Assembly (NCBI RefSeq): GCF_947568905.1
Contig: NC_079170.1
Location: 1,798,001-1,862,000 of the forward strand
Direction of reading: 5' to 3'
Origin: Ostrea edulis
Lineage: Eukaryota
Length of the DNA stretch: 64,000 bases
In this document: positions 25,734 to 40,590 of the stretch, one piece after another
Position numbering within the stretch: the stretch's first letter is position 1
Layout: every line of letters begins with the position of its first letter
The notes under the pieces: model-generated
Databases searched by the model: none
The model's input: the letters and a program-made list of their open reading frames with translations, nothing else
What the model was told of the DNA's origin: nothing
Made by a program: the position numbers and the translations under genes

Positions 25734-26171
25734 TATATAAATATTGTATGTAGTTGAGGGTAACATTGAAAATTTTCATCCCCGAGAAAACCTTTGTCAA
25801 CCGAGGCGTAGCCGAGGTTGACAATAGTTTCTCGAGGGGTGAAAATTTGATGTAAACAGGAAAGCAGAAAAACTTACGTCTGTTGACATTTGATCAATCA
25901 CTGTCATACGACATTTCGTATATCGATGCGGGTATTCCTGTTTATTACAAACGCTCAAATGACATTGTCTAACAATCTACGTCGAACCGTTCGCGCATAA
26001 ATTTGACGCATGTGATAATTTTTTATAATATCACCCGTAGTCGAGTACTGTTACCCGTTGCTAGATATTATCACCCTGGGGCGCGTGCTTTCTGTTCTCA
26101 GAGGGGAACAATATGTTTTTTCAAATGCTTCTCGACCAATCAGATTCGAGTATTTTAAATGAAAGTATAAT
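25734..26171. mobile_element. Non-autonomous element with internal palindrome (Crypton-like), unit II only
   Basis: AAAACAT direct repeats at 25727-25733 and 26172-26178; hairpin gtcaaccgaggcgtagccgaggttgac; absent at 4610-4630 and 48980-49000. Confidence 0.55.
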
Positions 26172-27239
26172 AAAACATATTATAAACTTTCGTCACAAAC
26201 TCAATCTCACATTTTAAAATTTGATAAATAAATACATGCTACAGTTTTACGAAAAACACGGCTTCCTTCGTGGTCGTCACTTTGTCTGTATGTTGCTAAG
26301 CGAATCCCTGCGTGGTGCAAGAAATTTATATTTATCAGCGTTTATTAAACGTTGTTTATACGCTAAAAACTTGCACAGTGTAGCTTTGTCTTTAAATTTG
26401 CATTAAATGACAAGGAATGAAGCTAATTTTGACCTACATGTATGTTATATGATGTGATATAACTTGGTGAGGGTTACGCCCCTTACATGTACGCGTGACC
26501 CCCTCCACGAATTATAAAGCGTAAACGGCACCGAACTAAAACATATCGAATAGCATAGGTCAAACTTAAATTCAAATAAATGGTAGTGGGAATGTGAGGT
26601 TGAACAGATGAGAATAAACACTTGGCACCCACTAATGTGTTTAAAGTTTGAGCAGAGGTACTTTTATTTATTGCTGATTCAGATTTTTTCAGACAAATTA
26701 GAGTCATAGAAACTATATGTTATTTTGCGCTTTATAAATAAAATAATAATGATAATAATTGTCTTCGTATGCACCTTATAGAAACCCCCCTTACACAAAA
26801 GACTCATACTTTAAGTCTAATGAGGCAATCGTTGTTTGAAGAGAGACTTGTAACAGCGGGAAAGTCGCGCCATGGACAAATACTTCAAGGGCGGATCAAG
26901 GGAATTTTAGAAAATGGATTACAACCTAGAGTTGTACATTTACTCCCCAAATGCCAAAATGGCCATTTGTGTATAATATGTTCAATCAAGGTGGGGGATC
27001 CAAGCCACTTTACTTCCCTCTAAATTTGCCATTTCTCTTAGTAACACCGGTATCATTTATTTCCCAATTCGTACGACGGACGTGAATAGAAATAATTGGT
27101 TTTGTAGTAACTTCCGCAACTAGCAAATCACCTATGTTAGCAAATATTTAATGAAGAAAGAAGTGTTGAATAAACAATGAAAAAATGAAGGAAATAAGTG
27201 TCGCAAATGAATTATGTAATAGCAAGGAAATATTCTTAA

Positions 27240-28460
27240 AAAAGAAATCAAATCTAGACAATGCATGCTTCAGTTTTTTTTAAAGAGATTTGAAACAATA
27301 TTCCATATGATTTAGCTAGACGTCCATGTACGATGATATCGGATACAGAAAGTCTGAACATTTGTCTCGTCTCGAAGGGAAAAAAAGAAAACAGTTTTAC
27401 GAAGACGTTATACTAGGGACTTAATTAAAAACGGAATTAACAAAGTAAAATCACATGAAAAAATACCTTCTTACAGTGAAAAATGCATGTAAATCTACCA
27501 ATTGTGTCATACCATACGTTTCAACACATAACCCTAAAAATCCGAAAGATTTTAAAACTTATCAAAAATAACTTTTCTATCTTAGAAGCCAACAAGGACA
27601 CGAAAAACAAAATCATCAATAGTAAAGGACAGAAACCTTCATTAAAATTCATTCTAACCAGAGACTGTTTTATCAGTAATATCAAAGAAATCCTATCATC
27701 ACTAAATGCAACAAAACAAGATGCGCTACATGCCCGTACATAGTACAAGGGTCCCAATTTTTCTGGTAAAACGGAAGTAACTTTACGGTAAAAACGTCAA
27801 GACATGCAGTAGCCCCCCACCTTATGGTATTATCTGTTCCAGATGTTGTGAGAATTACATGCACATCTGGTGCATCAAAATTGGTACCGTATAAGTTTTA
27901 CATTATGACTGGTGGACTGTTAGTCCCCGAGGGTCTCTACAGCCCAGTAGCTAAGTACTTCGTTTCTAGCTTGAAAATACGGATGTATATTTAGTTGCTG
28001 TTATAAAATGTAGAAATTCATTAAAAAAAATTAAGGATAATCTCCCTCACGCATAGATCTTATCCTTAGTAGAATTTGACTCCACTTTCTTTGGCACACT
28101 GTTTTCCCTATAATAGCCCTTAAACTTCATTGTTATTTCGGATTTTGAATCGGTTGAGCATCACTGCAGAGGTATTATTTGTCGAAATGCGCATCCGGTG
28201 CATCAAAATTGGTACCGTATAAGTTTTACATTGGCCACACAGAAGACACCGTGAGACACCGCACGATCGTTCACCAACAGATCCCAAAACCTAAATACCA
28301 GTGCACCCATGTATTAAGCAAACGCATTAGAACTGTTGCAAAAACATAAATCCTCATGTGATCGTTTTCCCATTTATAAATTTAACAATGGCCAACAGAA
28401 AAAGAAACCAAAAAAAAAATATTCACTCAAAAATATAAACCTTACTTGAATGCTACATAA
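27240..28460 (+). mobile_element. Unit II copy of the GIY-YIG PLE remnant
   Basis: Collinear with 5690-6935, interrupted by R2. Confidence 0.72.
27861..28231 (+). mobile_element. Retrozyme-like repeat R2 (unit II copy of R1, small internal deletion)
   Basis: Same insertion site as R1, same CTGCAGA core mutation, ends at TTTTACAT. Confidence 0.85.
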
Positions 28461-28846
28461 TTTAGTTTTACATAGTAACACCATTTTTATTTCTCCCTGG
28501 CAATTATTCAAAAATATGATTTTCCCGTATTATTTAGCCTAAGTTATACCATGACATTATAATAAACTTTACTTTGAAATCACTCATCGTCGGAACCCAT
28601 GACTTTTCTTTCCGTTACACTACGCCTTGAATGCAGTGTGACAAAGAAAATTTGGTGGGTTCCAATGACGGTACACATTGTGTAAATGTGTTACCAAACA
28701 ATATTCATTACACTAGACCGCTCGACCGTTTAGGCAAGCGAAAAACTCGCTTTCAAATTACTCCATGTACTTGCCACGCTGTCACCCGATCCGATTTTTT
28801 CGATTAGTATAACTAGCCTAAGTAACAAATAAAACTCTAATCACCC

Positions 28847-29483
28847 CAAATAATGTCTCTTCAGTGATGCTTGAAAATACGGATGTATATTTAATTGCTG
28901 TTATAAAATTTAGAAATTCATTTCAAAATTAAGGATTATCTCCCTCATGGATAACTCTTATCCTTAGACGAATTTGACACCACTTTTTGGCACACTGTTT
29001 TCCCCTATAATAGCCCTAAAACTTCATTGGTATTACGGATTTCAAATATGTCGTTTGAGCATCACTGAAGAAACATTATTTGTCGAAATGCGCATCTGGT
29101 TCATCAAAATTGGTACCGTATAAGTTTTACATTATGACCCCTGGGTCGAGGCCTCTGCTGGTGGACTATTAGTCCCGGAGGGTCTCTACAGCCCAGTAGC
29201 TAAGTACTTCGTTACTAGCTTGAAAATACGGATTTATATTTAATTGCTGTTATAAAATTTAGATATTCATTTCAAAATTAAGGATTATCTCCCTTATGCA
29301 TAGCTCTTATCCTTGGATGAATTTGGCTCCACTTTTTTGGCACGCTGTTTTTGGCTATATTTAGCTCTAAAATTTCATAGTTATTTCGGATTTCAAACAT
29401 TTCGGTTGAGCATCACTGAAGAGACATTATTTGTCGAAATGCGCATCTTTTGCATCAAAATTGGTACCGTATAAGTTTTACAT
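28847..29483 (+). mobile_element. Retrozyme-like repeat R4 (unit II copy of R3) with two HHRs
   Basis: CTGAAGA cores at 29065 and 29416; cleavage sites 29096 and 29447 (351 nt apart); same 5' inverted piece. Confidence 0.87.
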
Positions 29484-32400
29484 CATAGACAGTTGCTTCT
29501 TTAATAAAAATGGAAAATGCAAATATTCCTATCTAGTGATAAGTCATCCAAAAAAAAAACATACTTTGCTTTCACACACAATTATCCTGAAGTTGAAATA
29601 AAAAATATGCTAGAGTTCCTCATGGAAAATATCTTCGTGGTCTTTGGTAATCAGGTCTTCCAACAATCTCTTGGAATGCTAATGGTTACGAATTCTGCTT
29701 CCTTGCTAGCTGACCTGTTTTTATATTCATTTGAAGCAGAATTTATTTAAAAACTTCTACACGAGAAGAAATAATCGACATTTAGCTATATAGATGATAT
29801 ATTATCTATTAACTTTAATTCTTTTCATTCATGAAAGGTGAAGATAACGAACAGTGATCAATCTCATAAATCCTATAAGCAATACAAAATAGATCGTTTG
29901 GCAAACACGGACCCCTGCCCACACCAGAGATGGCATCAGGTGTCTAGAAGGACTAAGCGTCCCCTGTTGACCGGTCACACCCGCCGTGAGCCCTATATCC
30001 CGATCAGATAAACGAAGTTATACGTAGTCCAAATCAGTGTGCCAAGAACGGTCTAACAATCGGTATGAAACATGCCAGCCAGCATCTGACCCAATGATAG
30101 GTTGTATTATCAATTCAATACATCCCAGTCAACTCGAAAAGACGCCACAGGGTCGTCCACTTTCGCTTCATACTAAGATATTTAATTGAAAATAGATATT
30201 AACGGCAATCTAACAACTCAACTTCATGACAAACGGGATGATTTCAGCATCTCTATCGTCAACTTCCCATATTTATGTAGCAATATTCCATTATCACCTG
30301 TATATGGTGTTTCTATATCTCAAATGATTTGATATGCAATAGCTTGTTCTACGTATGTTCAGTTCTTAAATCGAGGAAGTCTACTGACAAACAGCCTGAT
30401 GGTGGAGGGGTTGTTTTAAATCAGCATTTAGTAAATTCTATGGTCGTTATAACGATCTAGTTTGCCAATACAACCTATCATTGGGATAAATGCTGGCTGA
30501 CGTGTTTCATGCCGTTTGCTATGTCATTCTTACACAATGTCTAATTAGGTCGAAAACTGAATAACTACTAAATCTTAAACCTATATTTATATGATTTAAT
30601 TCTTATTATATCCTTGTCTCTGATCGATCACATTCCAATTGAGAAATGCAGGTTATTTTTGTATAATCTGGTTTGGTATAGGGACATACCCCCTTGACAA
30701 CCAGATGCCGGAACTATTTTTCTATCTCTAAATGTACATCGCAGCACTGTTTTCAGCCTTCGATGGACTAGATAATCAGCGTGAACAATAAGTTACTTTG
30801 GTTTGATACACATATTGTTTTCTCCTTGTCAATATTAGCATCTACTTGTACGAAAATAACTGTTGTAAAACATCTTTTTCTGTATGATGGTTGAAAAATA
30901 GATTAAAACTAAGATATTATATCAGTTTTGATGATTTACAAAGTAAGCACTGTTCTGTACATTTTGAAATGCATTTCTCACTGGGGAGAGGGGGTCAGTG
31001 CTTGTTCCGCCTTTCAACAAAACAAACAAAAAATAATACGTCACATTTTATCACATGACGTTAGTCACATTGACATGTGGATCGCAATTTGCCACTTGCT
31101 TATACCTGAAGGGTGAAAATAACAAACAGTGATCAATCTAATAACTCCTATAAGCAATACAAAATAGATAGTTGGGCAAACACGGACCCCTGAACACATC
31201 AGAGGTGAGATCGGGTGCCTAGGAGGAGTAAGCAACGGACCGGTCACACCCGCCGTGAGCCCTATACCCTGATCAGGTAAACGGAGTTATCCGTAGTCCA
31301 AACCAGTGTGCCAAGAACGGCTTAACAATCGGTATGAAACATGTCAGACAGCATTTAACCCAATAATAGGTTGTACTGATGAACTAGATCATTATAACGA
31401 CCATAGAATTTGCGAAATGCTGACTTCAATTGAGACTGTTGAAACCCCTGTACCATCAACTTGTTTGTCAGTAACTTGCCTTGATCTAAAAAACAAAAAT
31501 GACTATACACAGAACAAGCTCTTGCTTATCGAATGAGCTACATATAATTTCTTGTGTTGGATTTAATAATAGCGACAACGTTGCATGCAATGGCAAGTTT
31601 TCATGATGTAGAATTCTTTACAGAGTTAAATGTCTCAAAGTATTGTAATTTCCGATATTTGAAGATGTATTTTGGGTAGGCCTAAACAATGGAAGTTCCC
31701 GTATTTTTTCAATGTGTCGGAGATGAGAGACTTCAAAGTCGATCTCTATTTCTAAAGGGCAACGAAAGACACATTGCATGTATAGTCTACACATATTTTC
31801 TATCATGACAAACTTCACCTTCGATACAATATTTTTATCAATAGGCTAGGTTCGTAGACCTACATTGTAAGATTAAAGATGGCGAGCTTCACAGCTAGAC
31901 GCTTCGTCATTGTTGCTAAGTAAATCATTACGCGGCTCAGTTGACTTGTATTTTTCCGAGTTTATGTACATTATGATAAACGAAGGTTAGTATCTTTGTC
32001 TCTTGTATTAAATCATAAGGAACTACTTTAATTTTAGGGCAAGTTATACGAGTATAACCTGGTTTGGGTCAGTGTGCGCTCTTTGATAATCCGTTTCGCT
32101 TCGAGGATTATAAATCGTAAACTGATCCAAACCAGGTTGTACTCGCATAACTTGTCCCAGAATTAAATTCATTTCTTAAATATTTCTCTGGAAGTTTGAT
32201 AAGCATCAAAGTTCTGGCAATCATTTTTACAAAACAGAATGCATGAACACCAAAGATGATTTTCATGTAAGCTTTCCAACTTCATTTATAAAAGTAATAT
32301 TTCCCAAAGTCGCATGCATTAGTTACATCGGTTCTGTAACATGTCAAAATGCTTACTCTCAAGCTTTACTGTAGTTCATTCATATATATTTTGATATATC

Positions 32401-34651
32401 ATTATGAATTACATAGCTTACATGAGAAATATATTTTATTTACAATCGATAGCTTACAGAAACAAAGTCTTTGTTTGTAAAGTTTATTATTGCCACTGCA
32501 TTTTAGACGAATTTGCATTATTCCAAATTTAGTAACTCTGCTTATGCTCCAAGATCCTTTGAAAAGGTGAAATTCTACAACAACATGATTCCGTATTAAC
32601 CACGTTTAATATCCCAGTTAGTAGGATGATATGACTATGAATTGATATACCTATATTGAATTAAGTTTCACAAAATCCTTACACTCTGAGATATGTTCTA
32701 CGGTCCAGTAATTGTTCTACGAACCCCTACATTTGCTCCTCGTGAAAATATTAACAACTGTTAAGGAGAAAATTTTAATGTATTTTGCCACAACATATAC
32801 CAGAAGTGATGTGAATGGAATGTGAATTCTAAAAAAAACCAAATCTACAAGGTCCACACAAAGCTGAAGGTTTTTCAAAGACTTATGTCTATATTATAAT
32901 GGATTATAACTAACAATCTCCATTTCTTTATTTCTTAATTTGCCCTTTCTACAGATATTCTGCTTTTGGCCTTTGTATAGCAAAATTGTATTCTCTTTTT
33001 TGAGATGGGGTAAGAATGAATGGGGTACCATGTGCTAATTCTTCTGGAAGGTTTTCAACTATATTAAATCCTTCTTCTGTCAGGATCAAATCAACAGCTT
33101 ATAAATTCTTACAGATATCACAAAAATGCTTAATTAGATTGTGATAACGATCATAAAATTAACAAAATACCGACTTTAAACGAGACTGTTTAAACTTCTG
33201 GAAGGTTACATGCTAGTTATCTGTAGCAGTCTGCCTCGGCATAAAACAACTTGAAATAAATGCATCTTCCCTGACTCCACTGTATAGTGCAAGCAGTACA
33301 CTACAACATTGTTATAAATAAACAAGTATGTGCGCACGTGTGCTTGTCTTCGCCTTTCCAATTGTGGGGGTATCTAAACCAGAAAACAAAAACTCTCTAG
33401 ATAATGTTCAACTTAACCTTTATTTACAACAGCATATTCAGTATGTTAGGTACAGATGATTAGATTTATATACAATGACAGATCGATTTGTTATTCAAAG
33501 CATACTTAAAGTCATGTGGTCCGACTTTCGACAAATTCTGTCCACCTTGTAAAAATACTCTTTGATTATCATGCGCACGTGTCTATTAAGAAGTGCGAAA
33601 TGTTTTACATTATTCCACCTGTTTTAGCCAGAATAATTTAGTTTGAAATTAATGTTTACAAACAGGTGTCACTCGGCCATTTCTAACGCATAATCAGACA
33701 ATAAATCAAGTGGAAGTTGAGATTGGAGGCCCAGTTCAGACCTCCAGAGGAAAGATCAATGGCAGGTTTACTCGGTGTAAAGCCATGAATTCGGTATTAC
33801 AGCACGTGTCATAAGTGTTTCACGTTTTTGTTTAAGAGAAACAAATGTACACCATGTCTCATAGTAATAATTAAAAACATATTTGCTGTTTTATGCTAGG
33901 CACCTGATACCAACTCTGGTATATCCAGGGGTCCATGTTTGTCCAACTCTCTATGTGTATTACTTATAGGAATTATGAGATTGATCACTAATCGTTATCT
34001 TTACCTTTCATTTCAAACCTAAATATGGACAGTTTCGTCAAATCTGTGAGAAATGATATAATGTTTAACAGAGCAGATCAAACGCTTGGAAAACGAAGAA
34101 AAATTATCTTGATATGATACATCTACATAACCAGACTCTATGCTTCACTACTTGAATCAAATTTCATACACATGCGGAGAAGTCCCCACTACGAGTGGCA
34201 AGTTTACGTACATATTCCTACTATGTGTATTTTCTAAACATTCTAACTTTTTTCATTTACATGTAAATATTTTCAACCATTCATTTAGGGAAAGTTAATA
34301 TCTTTTAAAACTAATTAAGCTGCATTAAAAAAATCATTGCAAAAAAAAATCTCAGATGAACATAAGACCACACAGCTTTAAATGAGTATAAGAACAAATA
34401 AATCCACGAAACATAATAGACAATTACGCAATTGCATTGTGATACGAACAATAAAATGAATCATACATATTTCACTGTGACAAAAAAAAACCCTTATACA
34501 ATTGTATTGCATTATGATCAAAACTAAATCAATGGATCATTATACAATTAAGACAAAAATACAATTAATCTTTCTACAAACGGTAAATCATTTGGCATTG
34601 CATTGAGTCGATTCTGTAGATCTTCTATGTCAACTCATTGAAAGATTTAAT

Positions 34652-37243
34652 TTACGGTGATCGTAAGGCAGCTGCAACATCTTCCCAAAAGCTGTCTAAG
34701 TCTTGTACCTGTCGAACCTCTGGCCATCTTATACTGAATATGCACCACCAGATATACCGCAAGTCTTTCGGCATTCTTTCTATTGGAATGTTGTCCTTGA
34801 TAATCACTATGATGGATCGTTTTCGACGGTTATGAAAAGCATGGGTCACCGCCATCTGGATGGCGTACGAATTCCAACCACTGTCTAGGAAATTTTCTGT
34901 GATGACAAAGACAACTTTCCGACTGTGGTCAATACCCTGCACCAGCTGTTCAGCTTTATTCACTCCAGGAATAAAGTCTTTATCGGGAATGCTAATTTGA
35001 AATCCTAAATTTGTCAGCGCTTGATACATTGTTGTGCAAACCAACTGGTAATCATCTTCAGAGTACGATATGAAAGCATCAAACTGGAAGGTGTTACTCT
35101 CATCTGAACGTACCACGCCTTTCCATCTGTTACGCAGACGTAAAACGACATAGTCAACATGCACACGATATCTCTTGATAGCAATTCTAATCACCAGTCC
35201 AATTATTATAAAAAACAACATCAAGGAAGAAGTAATCAACCACACCCCAGTTTGACATTTCTTTTCGAAAATAGCAAATTGTCTTACTTGAAGGAGTTCT
35301 GAAAAATTCGAAGATTTTTCGATGCAATCGGTTTTGTTAAGATCCGCAAAGAGATTCTGATTATTCTTCATCCAACGAAGCATAGAAATATGACTACAGT
35401 CACAATCTAAAATGTTTCCTTGGATGAAAATGTTTACTCTTTTAAGACTTCGAAGTACACGAAAGTCGGATGTTTCTAATGACTTGATTTTGTTACTTTG
35501 AATGTATAATTCTTTGAGGTTTCGTAAATGTGTCACTGCTTTGGGAATGGATGATAAGCAATTGTTATTAAGGTAAAGGAACTTTAACTTTGTTTGTTCT
35601 TTGAATAAAGTGGTTGGAAAATGATGAATAAAATTATCCTGTAAATCTAAGAGTTCTAAGTTTTTGAGACTGTCGAATAAAGCTCTTTTGCTTGATTCGG
35701 CTATAAAACCGGATTTCATTTTTGACGCTCGCAAAACCTTTAATTTGTTTAAGGGTTTAAAAATCTGGGAAGAAATATTGGTGCAGTCATTGTCGGAAAT
35801 GTTCAAAACTTCTAAGTGGGGAAAGTCCATTTGCCAAATCATACTACAAGGAAAACTTGTTCCATACAGGTCCAGCTCTTGTAAAACCTCACCTACAATG
35901 GTCAACTGAAACTGATAAAGAGCAGGTACTCTGTGCATATAATTGTTGGAATACCGTATTACTTTCAAAACATTTGAAAGAGTGAACGTAATATTTGACT
36001 TCCAAATTGAATAGTCTAGAAATGAGCCGCTGGTTATATCACTAATACACACATTTTTGTGATTAACAATGAGATACTGGAGTTTAGGGTAATTTTGCAA
36101 GGAATCTGTCACAAAGGACGGTTCAATATACCCAATAGGATTTTGGGAAATGTCCAAATATTCAATGCATCTTCCAAATGTAGATTTAAGTAAATTTACA
36201 GATATGCTTGTAATCAAGTTTTTACTAAGATCGATAAACTTGACACACACGTTAAAGAGATATTTAGAATTACTTTCATTTAATATGAGGTGTTGTCTAA
36301 CAAGAGCTGGAATATTTGAGGCTGCGATGATTTTTTCAATCTTTCGATTTTGCAAGCACTTTAACGTTTTTAGCACAGCATTCAAATTGCATAGACCCCC
36401 AAAACTTATCGTAGTCCTCTTTAGAAAAGGAAATGAGCACAGTATATCTTCACTGACATTACATTGTACGTGATGATCAAATTTCATTGTCAGATTATCA
36501 ATGGGAGATTCCGATAATCCATTAAACGTGTTGTTGTTTAAGTAAAATTTAGAAATTGGGTAAAATTTAAGTTTCCGTAAATGCTTTAAACGTTTGAATT
36601 TGCTTCTGAATGTAAATCCTTTAAACACGTCGATGTGCAATTCTGTTAAAGACGATAGTCGTGATAGTTCGTTTTCCGGATAGGTATAATTAAAAACGTG
36701 ACCATAAAATTCATTGCCATGTATGTAGAGAATTCTCAATTTCTTCAGATACGAAAATGCACACTTTCTTGGGGTGTATACATTCAATTTGCAAAACGAA
36801 AGGTCGAGAACGCACAGCCTAGGAAGACGCCTGAAAGAAAATCTATCTATACATTTTATGGCATTGTTCTTCAAATATAATGCTGAGACATTCCTTAATA
36901 AAGTTGTTTTGATGCCTGCAAATGTTTTTGTTTATATCCAAGTAAACTTATTCCATGAAAGGTCAATTGATAGTGTTTCGCCTTTAAACATTGTATTGAA
37001 ATCAAGAGGAATCCTTCGATAGTTGAGGTGCCTGCAATTCCACAACCAACCCCGGTTTCCACACTCATCTCTCTTATGTGTAATTTTACAAAGACTTTCT
37101 CCTGTTGTAACTGCATCTAAAATAAAGGTTTTAATGTAATATCAAAAGGATGATGGCATTCAGATTTTCAAACAGAAATCCACACACTTACTATAAACTT
37201 GAAGAATCGTAAAGAAAAGTGTGTAACAGACGTTCCACTTCAT
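34652..37243 (-). pseudogene. TLR: Toll-like receptor B2, early nonsense mutation
   Basis: Exon 1 37243-37192 (MKWNVCYTLFFTILQVY), 75-bp intron, exon 2 from 37116. TCA>TAA at 36934-36932 (WIS>WI*) after ~78 aa; the downstream 740-codon frame is intact, with 10 aa differences from B1 over the shared 611 aa. Confidence 0.87.
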
Positions 37244-37839
37244 CTCCCAATTCTCTACACATTCACCTTCTATCTCAATTGAAATCGGTCTGGTATCATC
37301 AACAATTAAGGAGTGCTGGTTTCCTTTTTGATTTTAATTAAGGAAATGTGTCTAGCAACAAAACTGAAAAACATGCATAAGATATTGACGACTAGTTCTA
37401 GCGGGAAATTATATAAAATCAAATTAACGTAACAAGTACTAATTGTAGCAGGAAACAATAAAAACACCAAAATAAAAAAAAATGCCTTCCAGCAAGTGTT
37501 GTGTGTTCTTACAGGTACCTCTAAACGAATTTATTAAGAAACAAAAAATGTATAGAAGCTGAATTATCATTAATTGAGAGATTACTCTTGTTGTGAATTA
37601 TGACCATGTTAATTTGTTAAAAATCTTTAGATTTACGTACAGTTTAATTATCAGCATATTTAATCCGATATATCAGGTGATTGTTCGTTATCCTCATCTC
37701 TCATATAGAGAATGATTTAGCAATTCCTGTTATTGACTGATGTTATATTATGTATGTCTTTTTTGCTCCTCAACATACAATTTTCGTGGTTTTTTTAGGA
37801 GGTATCCCTCTAAACAGGGATGTTATGATCGCAAATGTA

Positions 37840-39172
37840 CATTGCTGGATCCAGGAAACATTCTACTAAGCACCATCTGTGCTCCTTGCGAAAATATCAA
37901 CAGCTGTGAAGACGAAACCTCAAACGTACTGTGCGACTACATATGCAAGAAGTGGTGAAAATCAAATGTGGATTCTAAAACATTCTAAAGAACTTTTAGG
38001 AAACTTGAAATCAGAAAAAATTTTCAAATCAACAACATCAAAACGTATGCCTTTTCAACTCTTTACACGACCATTCCTCACGATAAATTAAAGACTAGAC
38101 TTATTCATATCATAGACAGTTCCTTCTTGAACAAAAATGTAAAATGCAAATATTCCTATCTAGTGATCAATCATCCAAAAATACTTTGTTAAAGGCCACT
38201 CTGATTTCACTCACAAGTATCCTGAAGTTAAAATAAAAAATATACTGGAGTTCCTCATTGACATTATCTTCGTGGTCTTTGGTGATCAGGTCTTTCAACA
38301 GTCAGTTGGAATTCCCACGGGCACGAATTGTGCTTCTGTGCTAGGTGACCTGTTTTATATTCTTTTGAAGCAGAATTTATTCAAAAACCTCTACACGTGA
38401 AGACGAAATCGACATTTAGATATATCGATGATGTAGTATCTATTAAGAATAATACTTTTCATTCATATGTCAATTCTTCGCCGTAAAATGGATGATATAT
38501 TGCCAAAACGGCGTAAAACCTCAATCAATCAATTCAATATATCTCAGGGAACTCGAAATAAAAGACACCACATAGTCGTCCGCTTTTGCTTCATACTTTG
38601 ATGTTTTATTGAAAGTCGATATTAACAGGAAACTAACAACCCGACTTTATGACAAACGGGATGATTTCAACCTCTCAATTGTTAACTTCCCATATTTATA
38701 TAGCAATATTCCATTATCACCTGCATATGGTGTTTACATTTCTCAACTGATTCGATACGCAATATCTTCTGCGTATGATCAGTTTTTAAATTGAGGCAAG
38801 CTACTGACAAACACTTGGTGGTACAAGGATTTCAACAGTCTCGATTGAAGTCAACATTTTGCAAATTCAATGGTCGTTATAACGATATAGTTCGTCAATG
38901 CAACCTATCATTGGGTGAAATGCTGTCTGGCATGTTTCATACCGATTGTTAGGCCGTTTTCGGCACACTGATTTTTACTACGAAGAACTCCATTTACCTT
39001 ATCAGGATATTGGGCTCACAGCGGTTGTGACCGGTCGTCAGGGAATGCTTACTCATCCTAAACACCTGATGCCACCTCTGGTGTGTCCAGAAATCCGTGT
39101 TTTGCCCAACTATCTATTTTGTATTGTTTGTTGGAGATATGAGATTGATCACTGTTCGTTTTCTTTGCCTCT
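37840..39172 (+). mobile_element. Unit II copy of the Naiad-like PLE upstream of B2
   Basis: ORFs 37879-38091 and 38609-38794; RYIDDVVSI at ~38418; same terminal sequence. Confidence 0.75.
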
Positions 39173-39815
39173 CATGAGACCGATTGAATATCGGATCGGA
39201 TCAGTCAATGTTCGAATTGGCCTGCTTGTCCGTGATTCGGAACTGGTGGTATGTTTCAGAACAGACCTATTGACTTGGTCCGGAAATGCATTTAGACCTG
39301 TGATCTTTACAACAATTGTCAGATAAATTATATAAATGTTTCATTTGAGAAATTTCTGATCTTCTCATAAGAAGAATGAAACCAAAATTATCTTCGTGTT
39401 ACCGCCAGCAATCGTTAATGAAAATGTGATCCGGAACTAGGCAAATGACAGTATATTTAGTCTTGAAATAGCAATTACACATGTATGTAAATGTACAAAT
39501 ACAATTTTAAATACATTCACTGAATTTTGTTATTCATTTCTTCATCAAATAAGGAACTTCTATACACAGTGCTTTGAACACGTAAACTAAGCAACATATT
39601 ATCACATTTGTGGTTTAAACAATGTCTTAGAGAAACACAACCTGCTGGGTGTCAAGTTCCTATTTATTCCCATATTTTCCTATAAATTTGAAGGTTCCTA
39701 TATTTTCCCTATAATTCATTAAAATCCCTATAAAGCCCTATATATCCAACAACAAGAAATGAGTCCTATTTTCAAAAATGATAAGAAAAAAAATTTTGGA
39801 GCTGATGCCAGATTG

Positions 39816-40590
39816 TTATGGAAAAGTCATATAGAATCACTTATGAACAAGATTTCCAAGAGAATTGGCATTTTAAGAAGAATAAGATATTTTATGTCAA
39901 ACGATGCGTTGCTGAAGATTTTTAATACTATGATTTGTCCACATTTTACATATTGTTGTACTATATGGAGCAATCCAAGAAATGCTGAAAATGTGAATAA
40001 GCTTTTTATATTGCAAATCCGAGCTGCAAGGGTAATTCTTAACATCAGAAATTTTGAAACACCATCTAATGTCATGTTTACAGAACTTAACTGGTTGCCT
40101 CTATCAGATTACTTTGTCTATAGAAAAGTAATTTTAGTGTATAAAGTTTTACATGGTTTAATGCCAGATTATTTAAATGTTTTTAAATATGTTTCAGAAG
40201 TCAGTCAGAGGCAAACTAGAAATTCTTATTCAAATATATTGTATATACCCAGGGCAAAAACAGAATATTATAGAAGATCTTTCAGCATTTCAGGGAGCAC
40301 AGTGTGGATTGCCTTGAGTCAAAATATAAGAAACTCAACGAGTGTTGCGTGTTTTAAGAGAAATTATCTTAGAGATTATCACCATACTTTTTAAGCTTCA
40401 TTTTGCATTCTATTTATCTTACATTCATAATTATTTCTTAAGTTTATATGTATTCTACTTCTTTTAATCTGTGTTTATTTTACTAATATCTGTCTATGTA
40501 TGTTATAAACAGGACCACATTGAAAACTAGCGTTATCGCTAAATATGCAATCCTGGATAAATAAAGGTCTTATTATTATTATTATTATTA
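39816..40590 (+). mobile_element. 5'-truncated CR1/L2-clade LINE with (TTA)n tail
   Basis: ORF 39759-40394: WKSHI..ISKRIGIL, PHFTYCCTIW, LQIRAARVI, LNWLPL, YRRSFSISGSTVW; 3' UTR ends in AATAAAGGTC(TTA)n; ttatg at both junctions; unique to this spacer. Confidence 0.8.

Noticed and set aside
39759-39815. 211-aa ORF as a host gene
   Set aside because: It is a LINE RT C-terminus; the first ~19 codons come from flanking DNA fortuitously in frame.
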